Shown: positions 19,729 to 29,108 of the stretch, one piece after another | How positions within the stretch are numbered: the first letter of the stretch is position 1 | How the letters are laid out: each line of letters opens with the position of its first letter | Assembly (NCBI GenBank): GCA_041484665.1 | Contig: JBGPIA010000001.1 | Span: 800,001 to 864,000, forward strand | From: Candidatus Krumholzibacteriia bacterium | GTDB lineage: Bacteria; Krumholzibacteriota; Krumholzibacteriia; JAJRXK01 | Direction: 5' to 3' | DNA length: 64,000 nt | Notes under the pieces: generated by a model | Databases searched by the model: none | What the model was told of the DNA's origin: nothing | Seen by the model: only the letters and a program-made list of their open reading frames with translations | Program-made: the position numbers and the translations under genes

Positions 19729-20220
19729 GCTCCGATCCCGTGATCTTTGACAATCTGTCAAGGCGCCCCGGGGCTTTGCGGCGAAGAGGTCAGCAGAAAC
19801 GCTGGTGCGAGCGGCTCGCGCGTTTCAGCCGAAGAGACCGATCCACGCCTTGATCGCGCGCGTGGCGAGTCCTTGATTTGGGGGGCAGAAAGCCGTCGCC
19901 TCCGCGGCCGTCGTGGATTCCGCGCCTGTCGAATCCGCGGCTGCGGCGTGCGGCGGCGCCCACATCCCCCGCGGAGATCCAGCATGCTCACGCTCACACG
20001 CGAGCAGGTCATCGACCGCCTGCGCGCCCACCTCGTGAAGCTCACCGACGAAGACCGTTCCCTCTGCCAGGTCGCCAAGGAGCTCAATATCTTCTGCCAT
20101 GGCTTCGCACGACTGGACTCCGGTGAGCTGCGCCGCGAGTTCGAATGGCTAGAGAAGAAGGCCCACCGGCCCCTGACCCGCCCCGAGCTGGAGCAGCGCG
20201 CCGGGCAATGGCAGCTCGCC
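19726..20220 (+). repeat. Direct repeat copy 2 (leader plus 5' part of intact gene)
   Basis: Aligns to 13729-14220 with an offset of 5997 bp, then 6000 bp after the indel. Confidence 0.95.
19747..19761. promoter_or_regulatory. Perfect palindrome TTGACA-ATC-TGTCAA, candidate operator (copy 2)
   Basis: Identical to 13750-13764. Confidence 0.6.
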
Positions 20221-20379
20221 CGACAGATCCTGCACGGTGTCACGGTCGCGTGCGACGCCCAGATGCGCGACCACGATCACTGCCGGGGCTGGGACACCTT
20301 TACCGACCTGGAGCTGGCGCGCTTCCACCAGGAGCTCCTGGGCGAGATGGTCGAGGTGGTGGTGCCTCCAGCGCAGTGA
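19984..20379 (+). CDS. Hypothetical 131-aa protein with Cys/His motifs
   Basis: GGAG RBS and ATG. Differences from the paralog are largely synonymous or conservative. Internal pseudo-repeat CHGFARLDSGEL / CRGWDTFTDLEL. Confidence 0.8.
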   Translation: MLTLTREQVIDRLRAHLVKLTDEDRSLCQVAKELNIFCHGFARLDSGELRREFEWLEKKAHRPLTRPELEQRAGQWQLARQILHGVTVACDAQMRDHDHCRGWDTFTDLELARFHQELLGEMVEVVVPPAQ

Positions 20380-20481
20380 CGCGCCGGATGGCCGCCGCAC
20401 ATCGCCGCCGCACTTGACTCCCCCTGCCCCGCACAGCACCGTAGAGCCAGGCCCATCGCGCTTCTGGACATTCCCCCGCTC

Positions 20482-21168
20482 GTGACGGGCCAGGGGGGCC
20501 GCCGCTTGACCTTGCGCTGGAGCCGGATCGTGCTCTCCACATCGCTGCTGACCTGGAGCGGCCTTCTCGCCGGCGTGGGCATTGCCCTTGGCACCGCGAC
20601 TGCAGCTACGGCAGCGCCCTCGGGCGCAGCGGGCGGCTCCGGGACACGCGTGCTGGAGTTCGGCCCCTACCTGGGGGCCTACGATTTCGACGCCTCCACC
20701 TGGTTTGAGGACAGCGCCCTGTTCGGGCTGCGGGCCACGGCGCGCCTGAGCCGCGTCTTCCTGCTCGACGCGGAGTTCGACGAGGTCTACACGCGCCGCG
20801 AACGCAGCAACAACACGGCGCGGCAGATCAGCGTGGCCGTGCATGGGCGCGTGGAGCCGCTGCGCTCACGGCTCTCCCCCACGCTGCTCGCCGGCGTGGC
20901 GTTCGTGGGCCTGGACGACAGCGAAGATCCCGATGCGTTCAGCGAGGCTTACGACATCGGGACGGGCCTGCGCGCCCGCATCACGTCGTGCTGGAGCGCG
21001 CGCGCCGAATGGCTGCTACGCCGCCAGGAGTTCAGGGTGCTCACGCTGGCGACGGCCAGCGATGGCACTGGCACGGGGGCCCAGAGCTCGCAGACGTCCG
21101 CGGTGAACGCGCAGCCCACGCAGATGTGGGGCCGGGCGATGCGAGTGGGGCTGGCATATGCGTTCTGA
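20482..21168 (+). CDS. Outer membrane beta-barrel protein (OmpA-like transmembrane type)
   Basis: Signal peptide, alternating amphipathic strands and a C-terminal Phe (GLAYAF). Confidence 0.75.
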   Translation: MTGQGGRRLTLRWSRIVLSTSLLTWSGLLAGVGIALGTATAATAAPSGAAGGSGTRVLEFGPYLGAYDFDASTWFEDSALFGLRATARLSRVFLLDAEFDEVYTRRERSNNTARQISVAVHGRVEPLRSRLSPTLLAGVAFVGLDDSEDPDAFSEAYDIGTGLRARITSCWSARAEWLLRRQEFRVLTLATASDGTGTGAQSSQTSAVNAQPTQMWGRAMRVGLAYAF

Positions 21169-21853
21169 GGTTCGCTACGATCGACGATGCGTGGGAGCGC
21201 GGCTCTTGGCTTGGGCGCTCGCGGCGGGCGGCGCGGTGGGCGCCGTAGGTGGCGTCGATGTCGTAAGCGTCGTGAGCCTGGCGGGCGCGGTCGGCGCGGT
21301 GAGCGTTGCGAGTCCGCAACCGGCACGCGCTGCAGAGGGCGGCGCTTGGCCGGTCGCACATCCGCTGGAGCTCTCCATCTACGCCGGCTCGTGGAACTTC
21401 AACCAGACGATCCACTTCCGCGACGACGCCCTGCTGGGGCTGCGCGGTGGGATGGGGTTCGTTCCCTGGCTGCAGCTCGAGCTGGAGCTCGATGAGATCA
21501 CCACCAGCAGCCGCCGCGACGGAGCTGCGGCCCGGGCCACCAGCGTCGCCATGCACGGGCGCATCGAGCCGTGGGGTCACTGGCGCGTGTCGCCTGGATT
21601 GGTGGCGGGCGTCTCGTTCATGGCGCTGGAGGACGACACCGATCCCGATGCCATCGCCGAAGGACTCGACGTCGGCGTGCACGCGCGCATCAACGTCACG
21701 CCGCACGTGGCAGTGCGGCCCGAAATCGTCGGGCGGTACCAGTCGGTCCGGCTGGTGGACGACAGCCAGCTCAGGGCCGCTGGAGCCACCGACGCTGAGA
21801 CCCGCTACCTGTGGAGCGTGGGCTACCGCGTGGGGGTGGGGTTTGCGTTCTGA
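21158..21853 (+). CDS. Outer membrane beta-barrel protein, paralog of the upstream gene
   Basis: Shares F.D.AL.GLR, E.DE..T.R, SVA.HGR.EP and AGV.F..L.D..DPDA..E..D.G with the upstream gene. Ends GVGFAF. Confidence 0.75.
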   Translation: MRSEVRYDRRCVGARLLAWALAAGGAVGAVGGVDVVSVVSLAGAVGAVSVASPQPARAAEGGAWPVAHPLELSIYAGSWNFNQTIHFRDDALLGLRGGMGFVPWLQLELELDEITTSSRRDGAAARATSVAMHGRIEPWGHWRVSPGLVAGVSFMALEDDTDPDAIAEGLDVGVHARINVTPHVAVRPEIVGRYQSVRLVDDSQLRAAGATDAETRYLWSVGYRVGVGFAF

Positions 21854-23105
21854 ACAGACGAATGGGGCGAGCGCGATCCTCCCGGCCACGGCGGGGGCGC
21901 CGCGTGCCCGGCAGCCGGGCAGCGGACTCGGCAGGCTGCGCCTGGTGGTCTGCCTCGGGCTGGTCGCCGCGTCGGCCGCAGGCTGCAGGGACCTGGTGCA
22001 GCCCCAGCTGGCGCCGGTGGCGCCGGTGATGGCCTCGGGCGTTGTCCTCTCGCCGCTGGGGGTGCCAGTCAGCGGCGTCTCCGTCTCTTTGAATAATTAC
22101 GGCTACCCTGGACCCGTCAATGGCAGCTGGAACGGCAAGACCGACGAAGAAGGCCGGTTCACTTCCGACCTACCTGCACCTGGGTACTTTGACGGGTCGG
22201 TAGACTTCCCCAGTTCGTCGCAGCTGCCCGGTTGGCGATTCTACGCAGTCTGGTTCGACGAAACGCCGAAGCAGCTCCAGCCGCAGTATGTGTCGCAAAG
22301 GGGTCGAGTCGTATACGCGGTCGCTCTCCCGTTCGTGCCCACGAACCACGGGGTGGAGTTCGACTATGGGTACCGCATCCCCACGGGGGAGACGCGCCAC
22401 GCAAGCGTCAGCTTCTACGTTTCCGACAACGGTGAGTTCACGGCCTGGTTGCCCTGGGCAGGTCGCTTCCGCGCCTTCGTGAACGCGAGGGCCTATCCGC
22501 AGTCAGTAGCGTACGATTGGCCGGACAGCGTGGTGGTCTCCGGCGCCGACACGCTGACGCTGCTGGTCCCGGTGGTCGACTATGAGATCCGGCCCTCACT
22601 CGGAGGCGTGCCACTCGAGGCCGCTACGCTCACGGTCGAGACGACCTTGAGGGCGCCAAACAAGTTCGAAGATGGCAACACCTCTCTTCAACCGTCGACC
22701 ACCAATGGCCACATCCATGCGCTCGGCTTCCAGGGGAGCTGTAGCATTCGCGTGGGCCCGCCGCAAGGAGTGCCTACATCATTCCTCTTTTTCGATAGGT
22801 CGGCACTCGTGACGTTGGGTCCAGGTGCTGTTATCGCCGTGGAATTGGGTCGGTACCAACTCGGGATCCACCTGCGCACGGTCGGTGGCGCTGCCGTCGT
22901 CGGAGGCGCCATCATTGTGGACTCTTCTGCGGATCGAGGCGTGGAGCTCCAAAGCGATGCCACGGGCTCCGCCAGCCTCCACCTGAACCCGGGGGCTTAC
23001 CAGGTCCTGGCCCGGCTGCAATCCGCGGGGGCAGCTGCCGACACGGTCGTGACGATCGCCTCGGACATGGACCTGACCCTCGTCATCCCGGAGACCGGCC
23101 CCTGA
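21843..23105 (+). CDS. Hypothetical lipoprotein with carboxypeptidase-regulatory-like (prealbumin-fold) repeats
   Basis: Lipobox-like AAGC after a hydrophobic stretch, with G.PV.GV.V..TDEEGRF and SDATG.A.L.L.PG.Y.V.A motifs. TTG start at 21843 is inferred from the overlap with the upstream stop. Confidence 0.65.
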   Translation: MRSEQTNGASAILPATAGAPRARQPGSGLGRLRLVVCLGLVAASAAGCRDLVQPQLAPVAPVMASGVVLSPLGVPVSGVSVSLNNYGYPGPVNGSWNGKTDEEGRFTSDLPAPGYFDGSVDFPSSSQLPGWRFYAVWFDETPKQLQPQYVSQRGRVVYAVALPFVPTNHGVEFDYGYRIPTGETRHASVSFYVSDNGEFTAWLPWAGRFRAFVNARAYPQSVAYDWPDSVVVSGADTLTLLVPVVDYEIRPSLGGVPLEAATLTVETTLRAPNKFEDGNTSLQPSTTNGHIHALGFQGSCSIRVGPPQGVPTSFLFFDRSALVTLGPGAVIAVELGRYQLGIHLRTVGGAAVVGGAIIVDSSADRGVELQSDATGSASLHLNPGAYQVLARLQSAGAAADTVVTIASDMDLTLVIPETGP

Positions 23106-23155
23106 CACGCCGGCGGTGAGACCGCACGCGCCCAGGTCGCGCCCATCGCCCGCCC

Positions 23156-25765
23156 TCAGCGTGTGTCCGCTCCGTCCTCGATCTGCAGCGGCTCCATCAT
23201 CATCAGCGGCCGGCCCCGCGCTTCTAGCAGGTGGCTCCAGAAGATCGACTCGGCCTGCGGCCCGATTCCACAAGATTCCTCGGCAGCGATGGCATCCTCC
23301 ACGGATAGCGCGCCGGCCAAGTTGCCCGGAAAGCCAGCGCCTGGAGAGTCACCCGCGCCGCGCACATCGCCCACAGCCAGCTGGAACAGCTTCGGGCGCA
23401 GAGCCTCCAGATTCAGCATCCCAATCGATGGCGCCTCAGTCAGCACGACGCGCCGCGCCACGGGGATCCCCGCCCGCTCCTTTGCGATGCGCAGCGCGTC
23501 CCACAGGCCACCCAGGTCGTCCACCAGTTTCAACCCTTGCGCGCGGGTCCCGCTCCACACGCGCCCCTGCCCGATCGAGTCCACATAGGCCGCCGGGAGC
23601 TTGCGCGCCGCGGCGACCTTGACGACGAAATCATGGTACTCGTTGCGCAGCAGCGTTTCGGCGCGCTCGCGCTCCTTGGGGGTCAGCGGGCGCTCCGGCA
23701 GCACCTGACCGATCCCGGGCAGCATGATCCCCTGATACAGGTCGGCATGGGGCCCGCGCTTCACGCCGTCGTACGTCAATCCAAGCTTGCGGCCCAGCGA
23801 GTCGTTCCAGGCGTGTCCGCCGATCACGCCGATGGAGCCCGTGATCGAGATCGGCGCGGACACGATGCGATCGCCCGGCATGCTGATCCAGTACCCACCC
23901 GATGCCGCCGCTTGGCCTTGCGATACGATCACGGGCTTGCGCTTGGCGGTCTGCGCGACCTCGCGCGCCACGACGTCGCTGGCCATTCCGTCGCCACCCG
24001 GAGAGTCGACGCGCAGCACCACCGCTTTCACGCCGCGGTCCTCGCGCGCGCGCCGGAACACTCCCGCCAGCTCCCGCGCCCGGATCCCGGTGTCCATGTC
24101 GCACGGTCCGATCGCGTACAGCACCGCGATCCGCGCCGGCTCCCCCCACTCCAGGGGTCCCCACACGGGGTCGCCGAGCACGCGCCCCAGCTGCGCTGCA
24201 AAGGCGTCGCCACCGGCCCGGCGCCCCGCAGTCCGCGCCGCCTTCACCGTCTGCTCCCATGTCCCCAACGAATCGACCAGCCCCGCCGCGAGCGCGTCTT
24301 CGGCCGTCAGGAAACCCTGTCGATCGAGGATCTCCTCCCAGCGCTCGCGCGGGATGGCCCGCGCCGCGGTGAGCGCCGACACCGCCGTTTCGTACATGTC
24401 GTCGATCAGGGCTTGACGCTGCTCGCGATCGGCGGGCGACATCGAGGTGCGCGAGTAGCTCTCCATTGCGGACTTGTACTTGAAGAAACGCCACTCATCC
24501 ACGCCAATCCCCACCTTGTCGGCCGCATTCTTGTAATACGTACGGCCGGTCGCCAGCCCCAGCAGGTGCAGATCGCCGTAGGGATCCATCCATATCTGGT
24601 CGGCGACCGAGGCGAGCATGGTCTCGAACAGCCCCCCGCGGTCCAGGTAGACGATCACCTTCTTGCCGGCTGCGCGCAGGCCGGCCAGCTGCGCGCGCAG
24701 CTCCCACTGCAGCTCCGGCGTGACGCGCATCCCGGAGAGATTCACGACCAGCCCACCCACGTTCGGATCGGCGGCAGCGCGCTCGATCGCGGCCAGCGTG
24801 GAGAGCAGCGTGCGGCGCCGGTCGAAGAACCGGTAGCGCCGGTAGGTCATCGGGCCGTTGAGGTCCAGCGTGGGGAAACGGTGCCCGCGGGGCCGCAATC
24901 CGCGTGCGCCACGTGCAGCGGGCGGACCGTACTCCAGCGCCCAGGTCGAGGCGATGCGGTGGCCGTCGTTGTCCAGGTGCGGCCGCCACGAGACGTGGTC
25001 GCGTGGGCTCAGCCCCAGCGTGACCCCCAGGCTCACCTCACCCGTGCTCAGCGCCTTGGCAGCGAGCGTGAGCTTGGGCGTGATCTCCGCGCGCACACCG
25101 TAGCCCGTGTGGATGTCCGCGAAGGCGTCGCCCTTGCGGCAGACGGCATCGCCGAACAGCGTCAGGCGCGGTCCCAGGGGACGCAGACCCAGATCGACCT
25201 GCTGCTCGTTGCTGCTGCGCTGCAGATCCCAGAGCGAAGCGACTCCGACCGAGACCACCCGCCAGCGGCCGACCACCCCCGCGGTGAGCCGGCCATCCCG
25301 CTGCGCGCCGCCGGGCAGCGGGCCGCCCGGGACCCAGGCGTACGACATGCCGATGGTCGCAGTGCGGCGGCCAGCGCTGAGGCCCAGCGTGTACTCGTCG
25401 AGACTGCTGCCACCGATCTCGCCCGCCGGCCCTGGAAATCGCAGCTGGCGCCACCCGAAGCCCAGGTAGCGCAGTGAGACCGCGCCCGCCCATGCCTTGC
25501 GATCGCTGTGCGCGAGATCGTCCCAGCTGAGGTAGGCTCCCCAGCTGTGCTGCATCGCCCACGCCGCGGGGTTGAAGACGCCCGCGAGCGCGCTGTTCGC
25601 GGTGCCCGGAGTGTCGACCAGGATCTGGGTCTCACGCGGCAGGTCGGGCAGGCCGCCGTTGTCAGCAGCCCACGCTGCGGGCACCCCGGGAAGGAACGCA
25701 GCGAGAACGAGCAGAACGACCGTCGCGAGCGCCGTCGCGCGCCCGACGCTGGCGAAGCAGACCAT
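23156..25765 (-). CDS. sppA: Signal peptide peptidase SppA (S49), long form with a beta-rich N-terminal domain
   Basis: YKSA (catalytic Lys), VLRVDSPGG, AASGGY (catalytic Ser), ITGSIGV and QGRVWSG. Signal peptide plus a long N-terminal extension. Confidence 0.88.
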   Translation of the reverse strand: MVCFASVGRATALATVVLLVLAAFLPGVPAAWAADNGGLPDLPRETQILVDTPGTANSALAGVFNPAAWAMQHSWGAYLSWDDLAHSDRKAWAGAVSLRYLGFGWRQLRFPGPAGEIGGSSLDEYTLGLSAGRRTATIGMSYAWVPGGPLPGGAQRDGRLTAGVVGRWRVVSVGVASLWDLQRSSNEQQVDLGLRPLGPRLTLFGDAVCRKGDAFADIHTGYGVRAEITPKLTLAAKALSTGEVSLGVTLGLSPRDHVSWRPHLDNDGHRIASTWALEYGPPAARGARGLRPRGHRFPTLDLNGPMTYRRYRFFDRRRTLLSTLAAIERAAADPNVGGLVVNLSGMRVTPELQWELRAQLAGLRAAGKKVIVYLDRGGLFETMLASVADQIWMDPYGDLHLLGLATGRTYYKNAADKVGIGVDEWRFFKYKSAMESYSRTSMSPADREQRQALIDDMYETAVSALTAARAIPRERWEEILDRQGFLTAEDALAAGLVDSLGTWEQTVKAARTAGRRAGGDAFAAQLGRVLGDPVWGPLEWGEPARIAVLYAIGPCDMDTGIRARELAGVFRRAREDRGVKAVVLRVDSPGGDGMASDVVAREVAQTAKRKPVIVSQGQAAASGGYWISMPGDRIVSAPISITGSIGVIGGHAWNDSLGRKLGLTYDGVKRGPHADLYQGIMLPGIGQVLPERPLTPKERERAETLLRNEYHDFVVKVAAARKLPAAYVDSIGQGRVWSGTRAQGLKLVDDLGGLWDALRIAKERAGIPVARRVVLTEAPSIGMLNLEALRPKLFQLAVGDVRGAGDSPGAGFPGNLAGALSVEDAIAAEESCGIGPQAESIFWSHLLEARGRPLMMMEPLQIEDGADTR

Positions 25766-25999
25766 GGCTCCTCCTGTAACCCGGGCGCGCTATGGGACGT
25801 CTAGGGGGGTGCCGATCGACGTGAGAGCTTTCAGCGCGGCGGCGGCGGGACGGGCCGGCCACCGGCTCCCGGGGCGTAGACTAGCGGCCGCGACCGGTCC
25901 GTTCAAGGGAACGTCGGCGCGCAGGGCGCCTGACGTGGCGCGGGCGCGGGAGAGGATGAACGCGTGGAGCGATTGCCCCGAGGCCTCGCGCGGGCGGCC

Positions 26000-27211
26000 A
26001 TGACGATCAAGGCCTCAGGGCCTGGGCGGCGGCCGTCCGCACGGCTGGGCATCCTGCCTTCCCGACGGGCGCGGGGCGCGACCGTGCTGCCGCGCCTCGC
26101 GCAGCTGCCGCCGCTGACGCTGCCGGCGCTGCTGGCGGCACCGGCGCTGCTCGCGGCGCTGGCGCTGGCCACCTCGCCGGCGGCCGCGGGATCCTCCCTG
26201 GATCTGGGCGCCGCGGGCGCAGGACTGAGCATCGGCAACTCGGCGCGCTGGGACGGGCTGCGCATCAACTTCAGCGACCGTGACGTCGAGCGCGTGAACG
26301 GTCTCAACCTCACGCTCTGGAAGGCGCGCCGCAATCGACATTTCCGTCTCGACGGCGTCGGCGTGGGCCTGCTGGGGCCCGGCGTGCACGTACTGCACGG
26401 CGTGGCGATCGGTGGCTTGGGTGTAGCGGCGGACGAGCTTTGGGGCATTGCGCTGGCGCCGATCGGCGTCGGTGGCGAGAGCCTCAGCGGTATCGTGATC
26501 GGCGGCATTGGTGCGGGGGCCCAGGAGAGCGCTCGGGGCCTGATGATCGGCGGCGTCGGGGCGGGCGCCGGCCGGGACATGATCGGGATCGGCATCGGCG
26601 GGGTCGGCGTGGGCGCCGGCGGGAATATGGACGGCCTCGTGATCGGCGGTCTGGCCTGCGGGGCCGGGGAGAGCTTCCGGGGCATCGCCATCGGCGGGCT
26701 GGGCTGCGGGGCGGGCGAGGATCTCACGGGAATCGCGCTGGGGGGTGTGGGCGTCGGGGCGGGAGAGAACGTCAAGGGGCTGGTGGTGGGGGCCGTCGCA
26801 GCGGGCGCCGGCCGCAACCTCGCGGGCATCGGCATCGGCGGGATCGCGGTCGGCGCTGGCGATGAGCTGCGTGGGCTGGGGATCGCGGGCCTCGCCGTCG
26901 GAGCAGGCGATGAGCTGCGCGGGTTGGGAATCGGTGGGCTGGTCGTGGGCGCGACCACGTTGACGGGCGCCGGGATCGGAGGGCTCATGGTGTACACGCG
27001 CACGCTTCGCGGAGTGGGCGTGGCTCCGTACGTCCGCGCTAGCGATGAACTCCACGGTGTCGGCATCGCGCTGCTGAACTACGCGGTGCGGCTGCGCGGC
27101 GTGCAGATCGGAGCCCTCAACTACGCCGGCAACAATCCCTGGCCATTCAAGTTCCTGCCGCTGCTCAACGTGCACATCGACCGGCACGGCCCGGGACGCA
27201 GACGGACGTAA
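26000..27211 (+). CDS. Secreted glycine-rich surface repeat protein (LA_2272-like beta-solenoid)
   Basis: Signal-like segment, VNGLNLTLW, about 13 15-residue G(I/L).IGG.G.GAGE.L repeats, and a C-terminal GVQIGALNYA..FLPLLN. Start uncertain. Confidence 0.72.
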   Translation: MTIKASGPGRRPSARLGILPSRRARGATVLPRLAQLPPLTLPALLAAPALLAALALATSPAAAGSSLDLGAAGAGLSIGNSARWDGLRINFSDRDVERVNGLNLTLWKARRNRHFRLDGVGVGLLGPGVHVLHGVAIGGLGVAADELWGIALAPIGVGGESLSGIVIGGIGAGAQESARGLMIGGVGAGAGRDMIGIGIGGVGVGAGGNMDGLVIGGLACGAGESFRGIAIGGLGCGAGEDLTGIALGGVGVGAGENVKGLVVGAVAAGAGRNLAGIGIGGIAVGAGDELRGLGIAGLAVGAGDELRGLGIGGLVVGATTLTGAGIGGLMVYTRTLRGVGVAPYVRASDELHGVGIALLNYAVRLRGVQIGALNYAGNNPWPFKFLPLLNVHIDRHGPGRRRT

Positions 27212-27217
27212 CGGCCG

Positions 27218-28015
27218 CTACTTCACCAGGCGTCGGCGCATCAGCACCAACGCCAGTGCCGAGACAAAAAGCGCCGCGCCCGCCAGGTAGGCCAGGCTCG
27301 CCGCCCAGTGGGGTGGCGCCTGCCCCAGGCACGCCCCGCGCGCCAGGGCTGCCACGTGCGTGAGCGGCAGCACGCGCGCCACGCGCAGCGCCCAACCCGG
27401 CAGGGTCTCGAGCGGGAAGAACGTCCCGCTGAACAGGAACATCGGGAACACCAGCAGGAAGATCGGCAGGTTGAAGCCGTCGATGGACGGCGAGAGCGCG
27501 GTCGTGACCAGCCCCAGCCCGGCGAACAACAGGCCGCCCAGCACGGCCAGCGGCACGATCAGCGCGCCGGCGGGCCACGCCACGAGCCCCAGCGCCGTCA
27601 GCACCCCCAGCATGATCGAGGCGGCCAGCAGCGACTTGGTGGCCCCCCATAGCCATTCTCCGGCGATCACGTCCTCGACCAGGAGCGGCGTCGCTACGAT
27701 CGCGTCGAAGGTCCGCTGGTAGTACATGCGTATGAACGAGGCGTAGGTCGTCTCGAAGTACGCGTTGTACATGATCGCCACCGCGATCAGGCCGGGCGCC
27801 ATGAAGCGCACGTAGCTCAGCTGCTGCCCGAGGTAGGTCACGGTACCGATCAGGCGGCCCAGGCCGAGCCCGAACGCGACCACGTAAAGGATCGGCTCCA
27901 GCAGCGGCGGCAGGAAGCTGAGCAGCCAGGTCTTGCGGAACACGCCCGCGTGCCGCTGCCAGACACGCAGGCTGCGGCGCGAAACGTGCGTGAAGGTGCG
28001 CCACCCGCCGTCCAC
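27218..28015 (-). CDS. ABC-2 type transporter permease (NodJ-like)
   Basis: Six hydrophobic segments with LLEPILY, APGL, FSGTFFP and LPLTH motifs. Confidence 0.9.
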   Translation of the reverse strand: MDGGWRTFTHVSRRSLRVWQRHAGVFRKTWLLSFLPPLLEPILYVVAFGLGLGRLIGTVTYLGQQLSYVRFMAPGLIAVAIMYNAYFETTYASFIRMYYQRTFDAIVATPLLVEDVIAGEWLWGATKSLLAASIMLGVLTALGLVAWPAGALIVPLAVLGGLLFAGLGLVTTALSPSIDGFNLPIFLLVFPMFLFSGTFFPLETLPGWALRVARVLPLTHVAALARGACLGQAPPHWAASLAYLAGAALFVSALALVLMRRRLVK

Positions 28016-28018
28016 GAC

Positions 28019-28972
28019 TCATTCCTTCAGCGCACGCCCGGCACGCAGCAGGAAGACGTCCTCCAGCGTGGCGTGGCGGATGAGCCGCGGCTGATGCGGG
28101 AAGCGATCGCCGATCGCCGCGGCGATGCCGTCGCCGCCGCGATCGTAGAGGAAGAGGCGCTCCTCAGCCTCCTCCGCCGGCCAGCCGGCCGCACGGACGA
28201 AGCTCCGCACCTCGTCGGTGAGCTCCCACAGCTCCACGACTTCGCGGCCGGCCTCGCGGGCGACCAGCTCGCCCGGCGTGCCCTGCAGCAGGATGCGCCC
28301 GTTGTCCATGAGGATCACGCGGTCGCAGAGCTGGCTCGCCTCCTCCATGTAGTGGGTCGTCAGGAGCGCGGTCACCCCCTCGCTCTTGAGCTGGCGGACA
28401 CGCTGCCAGATGAGGTGGCGGGCCTGGGGATCGAGCCCGGTGGTCGGTTCGTCGAGGATCAGCAGCCGTGGGTGGTTCATGAGGGCGCGCGCCAGGATCA
28501 GCCTCCGCTTCATGCCGCCGGACAGCTCCGCGATCTTGGCGCGGGCTTTCTCGGTGAGCTGCATCAGCTCCAGCAGCTCGTCGGCGCGCCGGGTCGCGGT
28601 CGCGCGCGGCAGGTCGTGGTAGCGGCCGTAGAGCAGCAGGTTCTGCCGCACGTTGAAGTCGGGGTCGAGGTTGTCCTCCTGCGGACAGATTCCCAGTAGC
28701 GCCTTCACCACGCGCGGGCGCTGCGTGACGTCGAGACCGAAGATGCGCACCGATCCTGCGCTGATGGGAGTGAAGCACGACACCATCCGCACGGTGGTGG
28801 TCTTGCCGGCTCCGTTGGGGCCCAGGAAACCCACGCACTCGCCGGCCTGAACCTGGAAATCGATGCCTGCGACCGCGGTGAACGAGCCGTAGCGCTTGGT
28901 GAGCCCGCTGGCGGCAATCGGAATGCCGGAGACAGCGAGCGGACTCGAGGGGATCGCAGCTGCGGGGAACAT
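28019..28972 (-). CDS. ABC transporter ATP-binding protein (NodI-like)
   Basis: Walker A GPNGAGKTT, LSGGMKRRL, Walker B LILDEPTTGLD and TTHYMEEA. Confidence 0.93.
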   Translation of the reverse strand: MFPAAAIPSSPLAVSGIPIAASGLTKRYGSFTAVAGIDFQVQAGECVGFLGPNGAGKTTTVRMVSCFTPISAGSVRIFGLDVTQRPRVVKALLGICPQEDNLDPDFNVRQNLLLYGRYHDLPRATATRRADELLELMQLTEKARAKIAELSGGMKRRLILARALMNHPRLLILDEPTTGLDPQARHLIWQRVRQLKSEGVTALLTTHYMEEASQLCDRVILMDNGRILLQGTPGELVAREAGREVVELWELTDEVRSFVRAAGWPAEEAEERLFLYDRGGDGIAAAIGDRFPHQPRLIRHATLEDVFLLRAGRALKE

Positions 28973-29010
28973 GGCCGGCTAGCCTATCAAGACAGCGCGG
29001 CCGCAGGGAA

Positions 29011-29047
29011 CGAAAAACCCCGCTGCGAGCCTGGATCGCGGCGGGGT
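29011..29047 (-). terminator. Rho-independent terminator of the PDZ gene
   Basis: Minus strand reads ccccgccgcgatccaggctcgcagcgggg followed by TTTTT. Confidence 0.75.
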
Positions 29048-29108
29048 GCGGGGCTCGAGCGCGTGCGTCCCAGCCCCGGTGACTCTCCCTCGTCTGGTGC
29101 TTCTCCTC

